The notes under the pieces are model-generated. The model saw only the letters and a list, made by a program, of their open reading frames with translations, did no database searches and had not been told where the DNA came from. Positions 25,428 to 38,312 of a DNA stretch of 64,000 nucleotides are shown here, piece after piece. This stretch comes from Callorhinchus milii (lineage: Eukaryota), in contig NW_024704743.1 of the NCBI RefSeq assembly GCF_018977255.1, forward strand, positions 92,630,001 to 92,694,000, written 5' to 3'. The translations under genes and the position numbers were made by a program. The first letter of the stretch is position 1. Each line of letters begins with the position of its first letter.

Positions 25428-25903
25428 CAAAAGCCTCCATGCCCTCATCCCACCTTACATCTTGAGACCTCCTGAGCCCTGCTGCCCAAAACTGGGCTGC
25501 TTCATGTTTCCTGCCCACTCTGCCCCATCATTGCTGAGGGAGCTTTCAAACATTCTATTGCCTCTCTTGAAATTTCCAGCACTCAATTTGATGAGTATCA
25601 TTTCCTGATTGTATTATGAAATGCCAAAAATGAATCTCATTCCTTAACGATCTTCCTTCCTCTACTCACACCGATTGGATTGCTCCTTTGCAGACATCTA
25701 TTAAAAATCGCTATTTCAGAGTTCCTTTACATTCCCCCCACTTCCCCCATCTTCAAAATCTTTTCAAACTATGTTTTCGGCCATCTTCCCCTGAGCTCTC
25801 CCATCCCCCAACAGCTCAGGCTCCCAGTCATTTGTGTGAAGCTCTGAGAGGTCATCCCAATGTGAAAGGCACTGTATCAATATAACTTCCTGTTGTTGTT
25901 CTG
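25428..25903 (+). mobile_element. degraded L2 3' fragment
   Basis: aaagcctccatgccctcatcccacc... and tail aatgtgaaaggcactgtatcaatataacttcctgttgttgtt. Confidence 0.65.
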
Positions 25904-27342
25904 TTCATTGTGATGGCATATAGGTCTCTTCATTAAGTCTTATTTTTGATTTAATTACTTTTTTAATCCACAGTATTCTTTTTGTGCTCCTTTTGCCAAA
26001 TCCTCTGTATTTTGATGAATATTGATGATTTCCATATTCTGTCCATCCCACACTTGAAAATCTTCCATTGCGGATCTGCCATTTCCTCTGCAAACCTGTG
26101 CCTCTGTCTCCCACGAAGCTTGAGATTCTCAAATAAAACTCTGTTGGATTGGAGAGAACCCAAGCTGATGGCAATGTTTAATAGACCAGTCAAATGGGTG
26201 TGAGTTGAAGAAGGGTGATGGTTGAGGACTGATATGAATTTTTAGCATTTCATAATATGTTCAAAAATGATACTGATTACATTGAACATATTATGTGAAA
26301 TGCTGGAGAATTCAAATGTTATTGTAATACTTATTTACTCGAGCACCTGCATTACTTTTCTACTATAAATAAATCAAGCCTAAATCAAACCTACTAAGAT
26401 AAGTTACAAAAACAGTTTTACTAAAAATGAGTACATTGTGGTGTTGCTGTAAAGGTTAATAGAAGTGAGTTAATGTTTTATAAGTTTGTAAAATTGCAAT
26501 GTGTTCAGCCTTAAGACTCCAAGAAACATTATTTTTTTTCCTTTTTGTCTCTGATGATCCTTGACTTTATATAGTTTTGGCTAGGCGTTTGCTAGTGTTG
26601 AGTTAGATGTACAAGATATGTATCACACAGGACCACTTAGGAAGTTTTAATTTTTTGCAAGCCAATGATGTAGGGGTTATAATGAACTGGAATACTCTGT
26701 GTCAGAAAAGAAACTAATGAGTTTCTAAAAGAAATTACATTAACATTTCCCTGAACCCATCTCTTTCAATTTTCATACTCATTCTCCTGATCTTGGTAAA
26801 CAACAATGGTGAAACAACGCTTCTTTAAATCCATGGAAGAGAACATTCTCTGATCGTCAGTAAATGTAATGACCTTGAAGATTCAAGCTTGTGTATATTG
26901 TAATTACTTCGAGAACATATCACACAAAACATATAACATAAAATGAAATATTTTCACAGTAACCTTGGTAGAATATATCTTCTTGAATAATGGACATGAA
27001 TGGTTTTACCTCATTTTCTTGTTCCTCATTTATTCTGGAAAGTGGGGCCAACCTTTTTAAGCATTAAACTGATCGAATAAGCTTTCAACACAGTCAATAC
27101 AAAGCCAGAAGACTGAAGGCAGAGATTTAGTCCTGTCAATCTCCTGCACTATTTTCGATTTCAAAATAAGAAATTGGGAGGGGGAGGGCCACAGGGAGAT
27201 TGCTCCAGTAAGTGAGTACCCTTCAATCATACTCTAAATGTAATGAATCCTCTCTATCACAACGTTTTTTTTGCTCTTTGGAAATACTGCAACTGTTATT
27301 CTTTGAAAGCGATCATGAGTAATATTATTATGCTTGAGTGTT

Positions 27343-27545
27343 GGTAAGCAGGATCTCCTTGGAGCTGAACTTGCTTGAAATGTCAAATAGAGTAAACCCT
27401 CTGTGGTGGTCTGGTAGTCCAGTTCCTGAGCACTACTGAGGACAGATCAGCCAGCCTGGCTTGTCAGCAGAACTTGGAAGAGCAGCCTGGTGAAGCACAG
27501 GGATGGGTTTCAGCAAGTGTCAAGCATCCAGCTAACCAACAAAAT
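27343..27545 (+). repeat. internally deleted copy of the ~550 bp RTEX-like 3' UTR repeat
   Basis: ggtaagcaggatctccttggagctgaac...cttgtcagcagaacttgga...catccagctaaccaacaaaa. Confidence 0.75.
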
Positions 27546-27599
27546 CCGTTTAATTTAGTAGGAGAAATATTTCTGAGTTGAGATCAGGAATATGTTAGA

Positions 27600-28990
27600 T
27601 TCATGAAGAAGAAATGATTTTCCTGAAGGTGCAACAGTACAGAAGACAAAACACTGATTTTGATGTGAGAAATCCAGTGAATTCAACACTCCTTTCTGAG
27701 TATGTTGCATCCCTCAAAAAAAATTTTCAAACACAGTAGACTTGAAGCTTCACATAAAAGAGTCTCAAAGGTTCACAGAAACGATTTGCAGAATGTTTTA
27801 CAAATTTATGAAAATATTAGATTTTTCAGTAATGCTGCGATTGATAATATGTTATTGCAAAATGGTTGTGTATTATTTGACAGCTGCAGAACATAAAGCC
27901 ATTTGTAATGAAGGACATCTGGGCAGAGCAACTGTCAGATTCAACTCATAGAGGAAGAATTCAACTTGGAGGAAATAATATCCAAGACATGTTGAACTAT
28001 ACAAAGAAAAGTCAGTGTGGCAATGGATGAGTCAACAGGCATCAACAATGTTGTCAGGTAATTAAGTCAGCATGGTGTAAACCTGAGCTGCTGTGTCCTA
28101 AAGAGAAATATTTTGTTAACTTAGAAAAGAGAAATAGAAATATTTAATGCAATATGGAAATTATTGGTAAATAATCCCTAGTCCAATGTTGTTATTTCAC
28201 AATAGAGAGAGTTCATTCCAAGGCTTCAAATAAGGGATTGTTTTCCTTTTAAAGTTGAGAACGAGTATTCCTGATTTCCAGGCTTCATAGAGTGACTTCT
28301 ATCCCATCCATAGTGTACATGTTTCTCCAGTCTCAATCAAAATCTGATCTAAAATGATTCATTCAAGAAACAACTCAGTTTGTAATTTTTTTTGCATAAT
28401 GAAATATGGTGGATGATGAGAGTGAATGGGTCTCAGTAATTTGCTGCAGTGTTATCAAAAATGAAAGAGTTTTGATGTGACATGGTGTCAGTGGAAAGTG
28501 GGAGCTAATAGTTGATGCTCCATATCTTTGATGATCTCAATTCTGTCAGTGAATTCAGAGACATACTTGGAAATCTAAGGGCATTCAAAAGAAAATACAA
28601 AATGATAGGAGGAAAAGGAATGTACATCAAGAAATGAAGAGGAAAAAGAGGAGTCCACAGCCACCAACAGATGATAATAAGCATAAAACAAATCCCAATT
28701 TTAACCCCCTTCCCAGGTGATGAAGATGGTGGCCCCTTGAAATCATAAGTGACATGTTATAATCTGCAGATGCAGAAATCGACTCATTCCCAAAATGTTT
28801 TGTAATTCCTGAATGTTTGCCCTTCAATATCTCTGTTTGTTCTCCATTTAAGTGTTTGGTACTGTCCATCTGTGGAAAACAGCTGGTTTGGGTGTGTATG
28901 AATAGCACACCATATTCAATTTTTAATTAGGATCAGAGAGTGAGCATTTGTTGTGCAATAGATGTGATCAGAGGTGATCAATAAATCAAA
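27600..28990 (+). pseudogene. degraded hAT (Charlie/SPIN/GTF2IRD2-type) transposase fossil
   Basis: Colinear remnants across frameshifts: LGRATV, AMDESTGINNV (28020-28052; xLDESTD), NLRAFKRK, NPF, VFGTVHL (about 28853; FGSTYLCE). Confidence 0.6.
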
Positions 28991-29589
28991 GAATTAACTT
29001 TCTTTCTTCAAGACCTTGAAAGTTGTTCAAACTCATTCAATGTCCAACATGAGAATTTTAATTGCCTTCTCTTTCCTGTGCTGTTTTATATTTTTCTTCC
29101 TCAAATAATTATCTAATTCAATTTTAAGTGATGTTACGGTCTAACTCAATGTTTGTTGTAAATTATTCCATATTCTGATTGGGTGAGAAAGTCTAATTTC
29201 TAAAGTTAAACCTTCCTAGTGACAATCCTCAGCTTAATCCACTTTTTACCCAATTTTCTTCGCAGCTGGAAACATCCTTCACTAAGTATCTTAAAAAGTT
29301 TAGTCATTTGCTTTTAATTGTTAGCTATTAATAATAAGAATTTACCTGATGGTGTTATATAAAAGTACAAGTATTGAATTGAGGGATCATTTCTACAACT
29401 TGAGACAGATCACATATTAAGCACACGTATTACGGTAATGTAAGATTGGGTTGAAATTTGGGTATATAAATGTTGAGAGAGTTAATGCTAATTTAGGGTA
29501 TTTCTTCACCGGTTCAGTTTTGCTCTGATATTCTGGGGGAGGTGCAAATGTTCCCTTGCATCATCCAGCAAATGGGAAATAGGACATCC

Positions 29590-29876
29590 AACAACAACAA
29601 CAAGATTCCATTTATTGAGCGCCTTTCACGTCGGGAGGACGTCCCAAGGTGCTGTACAGTTGGGTTAGGACCCGAGCAAGGGGGAAATGATGAGGGGAGG
29701 GAAGGGAGGGAGCGAGGAGGGGGTAGAGAGTTGAGAGGGGAGCTGAAGGCACGGTCAAAGAGAAAGGTCTTGAGACCGGCCTTGAAGGAGGAAAGGGAGG
29801 AGGCGGCGAAGGCACTGGGGGATAGAGTTCCAGAGCCTCGGGGCTGAGAGGCTGAAGGCCCGGCCACCGATGGTAG
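29590..29876 (-). mobile_element. L2 3' fragment, same subfamily as 29904-30969
   Basis: Reverse complement closely matches 30677-30969. Confidence 0.95.
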
Positions 29877-29903
29877 TCCAGTCACTGACTGACATGTGAG
29901 AGG

Positions 29904-30969
29904 CCTCCTCTTCACCCTCTATATGCTCCCTCTTGGTGACATCATCCGCAGACATGGGGTTAACTTCGACATGTATGTGGATGACACCCAACTCTACCTT
30001 TCCTCCTCTACCCTCAACTCCACGACCACCGATGTCCTGACAGTCTGCCTGTCCGACATCGAGTCCTGGACGAGAGACAACTTTCTTCAGCTCAACGTGC
30101 GCAAAACTGAGGCCCTCCTGATTGGCTCACGTCAGCGCCTCCGCACCTCAGGCGCTGACAGCATCAGCATCCAAGGCTGCACTCTCCACCTCTCAAAGCC
30201 AGTCAGGAACCTCGGTGTTCTGTTCAACCCTGAGCTGTCCTTTCTCCCTCATATCTGCACCACAACTGGCACCGCCTTCCATCATCTCCGGAATATCGCC
30301 AGACTACGGCACTACCTCACCCCTCACGCTGCTGAAACTCTGGTCCACGCCTTTATCACCTCAAGGCTGGACTATGGGAATTCTCTCCTCGCCGGCCTTC
30401 CCGGCACCTCCCTCCACAAGCTGCAGGTCATTCAGAACTCTGCAGCTCGTGTACTGTCCCGCACCAGGCTTCACGACCACATCACTCCCACCCTCGCTCG
30501 CATCCACTGGCTCCCCATCCCCCAGAGGATCGAATTCAAGATCCTCATCCTCACCTACAAGGCCATTCACAGCCTTGCTCCCTCCTACCTCTCTGACTTA
30601 CTATCCCCCTACCTACCTGCCCGTACCCTCCGTTCCTCTGGCTCCGGTCTGCTCCACATCCCCTGCCCCAACTGCCCTACCATCGGTGGCCGGGCCTTCA
30701 GCCTCTCAGCCCCTAGACTCTGGAACTCCATCCCCCAGTGCCTTCGCCTTGCTTCCTCCCTTTCCTCCTTCAAGGCCGGTCTCAAGACCTTTCTCTTTGA
30801 CCGTGCCTTCAGCTCCCCTCTCGACTCTCTACCCCCTCCTCGCTCCCTCCCTTCCCTCCCCTCACCCTGATCATTTCCCCCCTCTCGGGTCCTGACCCAA
30901 CTGTACACCACATTGGGACGTCCTCCCGATGTGAAAGGCGCTCTATAAATGGAATCTTGTTGTTGTTGT
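29904..30969 (+). mobile_element. young 5'-truncated L2 with uninterrupted RT C-terminal ORF (324 aa)
   Basis: [14 protein letters not shown]...MYVDDTQLY...[13 protein letters not shown]...[10 protein letters not shown]; (ttg)n tail. Confidence 0.97.
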
Positions 30970-31849
30970 AGTTAGGAATCTCAACAAGATTACAGCACCT
31001 AGCTACAATGCAAACAAAATGAGCTCAGGGAACCAGCTTTTTATAAGCTTGGAGGAATGCACTGTTCTCCTGTGTATTCAAGGTCTCATTCATCCTCCTT
31101 ATTGTGCATGTTTTGTCATCAAACCCCTCCTGTACCTGCCAATCTCCCAATCAATAACTCCGAACAGCAGGAAAAACTTAATAATGATCCTTACATTTGA
31201 TGCAGCACCTTTCACGTTGGGAGGATATCCTAAAGCACTTCATAGGATTCACTGTAAAGTGGAGTGACTGTGTGTTTTGTAGGTGAAAATGGTGTCAAAA
31301 AAGATGGATTATACATTCTGCTGGATGATAACCGTCTATGACCACAAACGTAATGGTTATTTTCATCATTGAACATAGCAGATAGTAGAAACATTGACAG
31401 ATTGATATCAAAGTCTCATCCTGTTAGGAAAGACAGTGAAAAATTAAATATTGCAGATGTTAAACTATAACCACAGTCACAGGAAAAGAAAATGGCAAAA
31501 AAAGTGTACCCATGTTTCTTTGCCAGTATAAAGCATACCAAGTGAAGATCCGACACAAATAGAGACAGATATAAACATTGCCCAATAATTGACCACAAAC
31601 GTTCAAATAATGGAAATAATAGTCGGCCTACAACAATCTAAAATTATACTATTAAACCACTGTAGTTCTTTAAATGTTGAAGTCCATTTTCTCAAACAAA
31701 TGCTGACAAATTTCTTTTCTTTACAGATTTCTTTTCCACCAGTCATAAAGCAATGTCCTCTTTTTTCTAAAGTCTGAAGTTGTTAAACTGTGAAAGTGAT
31801 TGTAACTCAAATAGATGTCAGATGGCAGCCATGAGCAGGGAGGCCACTG

Positions 31850-32650
31850 GACATATTTTATATTCTTGATAACTTTCACGTTGTTGGTAACAACATTAGG
31901 TGGAGAAGGATTTTTTTGTTACCACAGTAGAAGGCTATAATAAACATCACAGCCTGTTGCTCCTTTGTCACTTCCACCAAAGCTTGTCTAGTTTGATGCC
32001 GTTGTTGATAGCTGCCATCTAACCCTGGTAATTGTGAAATGTGCCATGGATTTGAGCAGTAGGAGATGAACAGTTGAGATGAGGCAACAGTTCCAACCAC
32101 ATGGGGCTGGCACATGAGCTGCAGGTTACAGGATCAGCAACAATGAAGTGGGTGCCTAGAGAAATCCTGCAGATTCCAAAGTTTGATCAGTCGATAGGGA
32201 CCTTTCCACAAGTCAATGGCACAACACATGGCAGAATAAAAAGCCAGGATGGGGGTCATGATCATAATAATGCCATTTGCCACCAAGTGACTCCACATAT
32301 TATTTTGCTCATGAGCTCCAAACATCATTTCTGAAATAAGATTTGGAAAGCTTGGGATTCTGTTTTTTTAAAAAGCTGCTTTCATGTCAAAGCAAATGAG
32401 CTGATCTTGTCTGCAAGCTGAGAAACTGATCTAGTCAGTAAACAGGATCTGATCTGGTCTGTAAACAAAGGAGTTGGTCTAGGCTATAATTCTCTGGATT
32501 TTGCAGTGAAATAACTATGAAGTATTGTCCCCAGATCAATAATAAATGTTTTTTCTAATCCAAAAATGCCTTTGGATCACACACCTTCTCAAGGACACAC
32601 TAGTGGAAGAGAATTGTGGTCTGTGACTCTTTGATAACAATGATTTCTGT
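31850..32650 (+). pseudogene. degraded Harbinger/PIF (HARBI1-like) transposase fossil
   Basis: MKWVPREILQIPKFDQSIGTFPQVNGTTHGRIKS (cf. IKWP...GFPxVxGAIDGTHxxIK), later WDSVF and FSRTH.VEENCGL (cf. LSRxRxxVERxFGxL). Confidence 0.45.
32398..32490. repeat. imperfect ~24-bp minisatellite, about 4 units
   Basis: Repeating ctgatct(t/a/g)gtc(t/a)g(c/t)aa units. Confidence 0.6.
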
Positions 32651-33485
32651 GAATAGGGGAAAATGTGATTAGAGGTGAGCTTCTGCCGGCAGAATCCATT
32701 TTTGAACCAGATAAATAAGATGAAAGCATATTTAGCTGAAAAGTTAAGTTAAAGTAACATATCCTCCCTGTACCAACTGTTCAATCCACCATATTGAGCC
32801 CCCCTACAACAGCCTTTGTGTCAACACCTGACAACCATAAAACAGCAGTGATCAAAAAGCAGCAATCTACAATGGCGGAATGCATAGAGTAAAGTAACCC
32901 TTGTCCACAGTTCAGTCATTAATGAAGTCAAGTTAAGGCTTTTAACCTGATAACTTGAACAGTTTAATGCTGTTGGAAAATAACCAAAGGAATTTCACCA
33001 AGTTGTAACACCGACTATGGTATTTTGCTCTCCACATTTTGTCACTAACTGTACAAATGTTTGACTGGAATTTCACCACAGTAATCCCTAGAGCTCACCG
33101 AAGGGATTTCCTGTAACCCCACAAGGCAAAAGGCACCAAATAACATTTATTGCATTAAATTATCAGCGTCATTTCCAAGCTTCCTCACTCTTAACAGATT
33201 TACATAGCTTCACAGACGAATGGGTAGACATAAATATTGTATCAGATCATTGTCTGTTTCCCAAAGGTAAAAGCTGATCTTGCATAAATTGCTTTATTTT
33301 CTCAGTGGTAAGGTCTAAATTACAAAACTGTTCTGCTTAGTTCTCAATCCTATTCAAGAAAACATGTTAGTCTGGTACAGTTGGTAAAATTCTCACTTCA
33401 TTCTCATTTGAGTCATGCCATGGGATCTTTAACATCTATCTAAACAGGCAGATGGGACCTCAGTTTAATGTCTCATCCAAACGAT

Positions 33486-34070
33486 GTAAGCGGGGTCTCC
33501 TTGGACCTGAAATAGCTCCAAGGTGACCTGTTTGGCAATGGAATGTAAGAATCAAGCCAACCCTCTGAGGTGGTCTTGATAGTCCGGTTCCTGAGCCAGG
33601 CGGGTCTGCAGTAATCCAAGGCACTGCTGATGACAGCCCCGTCAGCCAAGCTCATTGGTAGAACTTGGAAGAACAGACATTGGGGCCAGGGAATCCTCCC
33701 ACTCAGCTCCTGTTAACCCTGCAAGCCAAAGCCCTAATGGGTATTGTAGCCCTGAATGGACAAGCATGCGGGAAAGTTTGCCAGATAGTGCTATTAATGG
33801 CAAGGTATGTGTTTCTAGCTAGTTCGACTCCAGCAGTACCCTACTACACACTCTGGGGTCACCAAGCCTTGGCTCTTGCTGACCTGCGGTTAATACCTTC
33901 CAGAATTAGGGTGCTTCCCTCCAGGAAGAGAGTGTGCATTCCATTCGAACAAGGTATCTCTGGATCTTCCATGTACAGATGCGATGAATGGAATTCTCAG
34001 TTTGATTTGGATACCCTTAAGCACAGTGATGGGTTTCCACATGTGTCAGACATCCAGCTAACCAAAACAA
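33486..34070 (+). repeat. ~580 bp copy of the RTEX-like 3' UTR repeat
   Basis: Colinear with 4526-5077; ends atgtgtcagacatccagctaaccaaaacaa. Confidence 0.8.
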
Positions 34071-34074
34071 TATA

Positions 34075-34560
34075 CAGGAGGTGATAGGAATAGGAGACCA
34101 TTCAGCCCATCAAAGTTGTTCTACCAGTTTACTAGATCAAGCCATGTATTCCACATATTTTGTTCCCATTTTTCACCTTTTCTTCATACCCCATAATATA
34201 CTATCAATTTCTCATTTAAATATCCAAATTGATTCTGCCTCTAAAGTCATCATACTAAGGCCAATCCAGTCATTAACTGACCCTCTGTGTAAAGAAAGTT
34301 CCTTGTGCCTGGGCTGGAATTGCTCATCGTTCCCCTGAATCTGTAATCTCCAGTTCTGCTTTCTTGGCGTATAAAAGTATTACTCTGGGTTTACTTTTTC
34401 AATCTGATTTAAGATCTTAGATTCCTTTATAAGATCCCCTCTTAGATGGTTATTTTCAAAGCTGAAGAACATTAGTTTATATATAATAATATTTCATAAC
34501 TTCTGCCTCTGATACTGAGAATCAATTTCATTGTTCTCCTATATACTACTTCTAGGCCCT
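34075..34560 (-). mobile_element. degraded CR1 3' fragment
   Basis: ataggagaccattcagcccatc 3' UTR; agatcccctcttaga (RGDL reversed). Confidence 0.75.
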
Positions 34561-35599
34561 GATGTAGAACAAAGTAATAGGATGCAAAATGTTGTGATCC
34601 ATTACCACGAGTACGGATGTCTAAAAAAGCTAAGGGAGAAATTCTACTCCATTCCAAATGATTCTTCATTTACTTTGTTTTCTTACCATTACAGACATGC
34701 AACATTTAGAATTATTTAAAACATAATGATCCTTGCATTTGATATAGCACTTTTCATGTCTTCTAGATATTTCAAAGTGCATCACAGAATATACTGTAAA
34801 GTGAATTGATTGTATATTTGTAGGCGAAATAGCTATAGCTTTAATTTTGAAGCCACCTATCTGTAAGTTATTTTAAGGACTCAGCAAACTGTCTTGAAAG
34901 TTAAGACTGAACTCAACAATTTGCCCAATTCTGAATGCACTGAAAGGCATTGAAAACAGTAAATCTAGACCCAAGTGAAATTTCTTCCCTCAGCTTTCAT
35001 AGATATGAGTTTTAAGCAATGCAATATTTCAAGGAAAATAATACAGATCAAATCTGAAAAGACCTCAGATTTTTGTGGTAAGCACAACCACAAATAGATC
35101 TGTTACTTTTTGCCAGTAGTGGAGAAATTACAAAGAATGGAAGGGTTACTGAAAGATTATGCTACACGAAAGGCAGTTGCCCTTTGCTAACCTCGCCTGG
35201 AGGGACATGGAAAATCAATAGCAATGTGACTTGTGTGTCTGGAATCCAGATAAAGGTAATTTGTTTGCCAATGCATTAAGTGCACTCTGTGTTTATGCCA
35301 GGAGTCTTTACAAAAGCGTATAGGTGCACTGCATAAATCAGAGAACAGTGTTTAGACTGGAAAGCCTCAAATCATAGAATCATAGAACTATACAGCATAG
35401 AAGGAGGCCATTCGGCCCATTGTGTCTGTGCCAGTTCTTTGAAAAGAGCTATCTAATTCAATCCCACTACCCCGCGCTCTCCCCATAGCCCTGCAAACTT
35501 GTCCAACCCAAATAATTATCTACTTCTCTCTTAAAAGCCATTGAATCAGCTCCACCACTCTTTCAGGCAATGTATTCCAGATCCGAACAACTCACTGTG

Positions 35600-38160
35600 T
35601 AAAAAAAAATTCTGCTCACCTCCCCTCTGTTTCTTTTAACAACTATTTTAAATTGGTGTCCTCGAGTTACCGACACATTCGCCAGTGGAAATAATTTCTC
35701 CTTGTGCACCCTATCGAATCCCCTCATAATTTTGAAAACTTTTATTCAGTCTCCTCTTAACCTTCTCTGCTCCAAGGAGAATAATCCTAGCGTCTCAAGC
35801 CTCTCCTGATAACTGAAGTCCCTTATTCCTAGATTCCTAATAGCACCCTAGTAACTATTCTTTGCACCCTCTCCAATGCCTTGACATCCTTCCTCAAGTG
35901 TGGTACCCAGAACTGAACACAGTACTCTAACTGAGGCCTAACCAATGTTTTATGAAGGTTCATCATAACTTCCTGGCTTTTGTATCCTATACCCCTATTT
36001 ATAAAGCCTAGTATCCCATATGCTTTTTTTTTTAAAAGCAGTTTTATCTACCTTCAACGATTTACTTATATGAACCTTTAGGTCTCTCTGGTCTGTCACT
36101 CCCTTTAAGATTTTACCATCTTATATTGCCTCTCCTCATTCTTCCACCCAAAATGCATCACTTCACACTTGTCTGACCATTTTACCAGTCTATGTCCATT
36201 TGGAGTCTACTACCATCCTCCTCACCGTTTACTACTTTTCCGAGCTTAGTATCATCTGCAAACTTGGAAATTGTACTCTCTATACATAAGTCCAGAATAA
36301 GTTTATATAGATCAAAAACAGCAATGGTACCAATACTGATCCTTGGGGGACACCATTGCACACTTCCCTCCAGTCAGGAAAACAACCGTTCACCACTACC
36401 CTCCGCTTTCTGTCTCCCAACCAGTTCTAAATCCATGCTGCCACTGTCTCTTGTGAGTTTCTATTTTGCTTACTAGTCTATTATATGGCAGTTTCTAAAA
36501 CCCATATAAACTATATCAACTGCACTACTTTCATCCACCTTCTCCGTTACTTCATCAAAAAACTCTATCAGGTTTGTTGAACATGATTTGCCTTTAACAA
36601 ATCCATGTTGGCTGTCTTTTATTAACCCGTATTTTTCTAAGTGAAAATTTATTTTGTCCTGGGTTATAGTCTCTAGAAGTTTCCCCACTATTGACGTTAG
36701 GCTGACTGGCCAGTAGTTCCCAGGTTTATCCTTCTGCCCCTTTTTGTACAGGGGAGTAACTTTTGCACAACTCCAGTCCTTTGGCACCACCTGAGTGTCC
36801 AAGGAGGATTGAAAGATTGTGGCTGAAGTCTCCATTATTTTCACCCTTACTTCCCTCAGAAACCTAGGATGCACCCCGTCCGGACCTGGTGACTTATCTA
36901 CCTTGAGCACCTACAACCGTTTAGCACCTCCTCTCAGTTTATTCTTATTTATCCAATTTCTCTACCCTCTCCTCTGATACTGTGGCATTGGCTGCAGCCA
37001 CATCTTTTGTGAAGACAGATGCAAAGTGCTCATTCAATACATCTGCTTTGTTCTTTGCCTCCACAAGAAGATTTCCTCTTTGGTCCCTAATTGGACCCAC
37101 CCTACCTTTGACTAACCTTTTATTCTTTATATGCTTATAAAATACTTTAGGGTTCCTTTTTATGTTACCAGCTAATCTTTTCTCATACAATCTCTGTGCC
37201 CTTCTTATTTCATTTTGCAGTTCTCCTCTGTACTTTCTGTATTCTATTTGATTATCTTCTGTATTTTGGACCTGACATTTATCATGAGCTTCCCTTTTCT
37301 GTTTTATTTTAATCCCTTATTTAATCTTCGTTCCTTATTCATCCAGGGAGGTTTGGAATCCCTACCTTTCCCCTTTGTGGGAATGTATTTGTTCTGTCCC
37401 CAAACTATCTCCTCCTTGAAGGCTTCCCATTACTCGTTAGCTGTTTTATCTGCCAATCTTTCTTGCCAGTCCACCTTGGCGAGGTCCCTTTTTAACTCAC
37501 TGAGCTTAGCCGTCTTCCAGTTAAGTATCTTCAACTTTGATTGCTCCTTGTCCCTTTTCATAAGTACTCTAAACCTTATGATGTGTGATCACTGTTGTCC
37601 AGATGCTCTCCTACTGAAACCTGCTCCACTTGTCCCACTTCATTGCCCAGAACTAGATACAGCACTGCTTCCTTCCTAGTTGGTCTGGAAACATACTGTT
37701 CCAGAAATTTATTCAGCACACATTCCAGGAATCCTTCCCCCTCCTTGCCCTTTACACTGTAATTTTGCCAATCTATGTTAGGTCCCCCATTATCACTACT
37801 CTGTTGGTTTTGCATCTTTCTGAAATCTGCTTGCAGGTTTGCTTGTCTATCTCCTTCCCACTATTTGGTAGTCTATAGTGTTCACCTAACAGAGTAACAG
37901 CTCCTTTTGTGCTCCTTAACTCTAACCAAATAGATTCTGATTTGGACCCTCCAGGGCCATAACCGTCTTTAGTCAATATTGCCACCCCCCTTTTTTCCTT
38001 CCCTATCCCTCCTGAATATATTGTAGCCAGGAATATTCAACTCCCATTCCTACCCTTGTCTGAGCCAGGTCTCCATTATTGCCACTACATCATAATACCA
38101 TGTGGCAACTTGAGCCTGCAGCTCACCAATCTTATTTGTCACATTTATGCACATGCACTC
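35600..38160 (-). pseudogene. CR1 ORF2 (APE and RT), multiply broken
   Basis: ORFs 37773-37985, 37576-37815, 36945-37190 and 36473-36910 are successive CR1 ORF2 segments. Confidence 0.92.
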
Positions 38161-38312
38161 CAAGATTAAATTAGTCTGCTCTGCATTTCTCCCTGTCTAA
38201 TCCCTCCTTTTATGGATTATTCCTGATTACATTGCTATTCATCTCTCTGAGCCCTCTATGTAACTTGCTTGTCCTCTCTGATACTACATCCTGATTCCAA
38301 CATCCCATAAAA

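Noticed and set aside
29896..30870. 324-aa host gene
   Set aside because: It is the 5'-truncated L2 RT C-terminus with a LINE tail.
32398..32490. CRISPR-like array
   Set aside because: It is an imperfect tandem repeat with no unique spacers, in a eukaryotic context.
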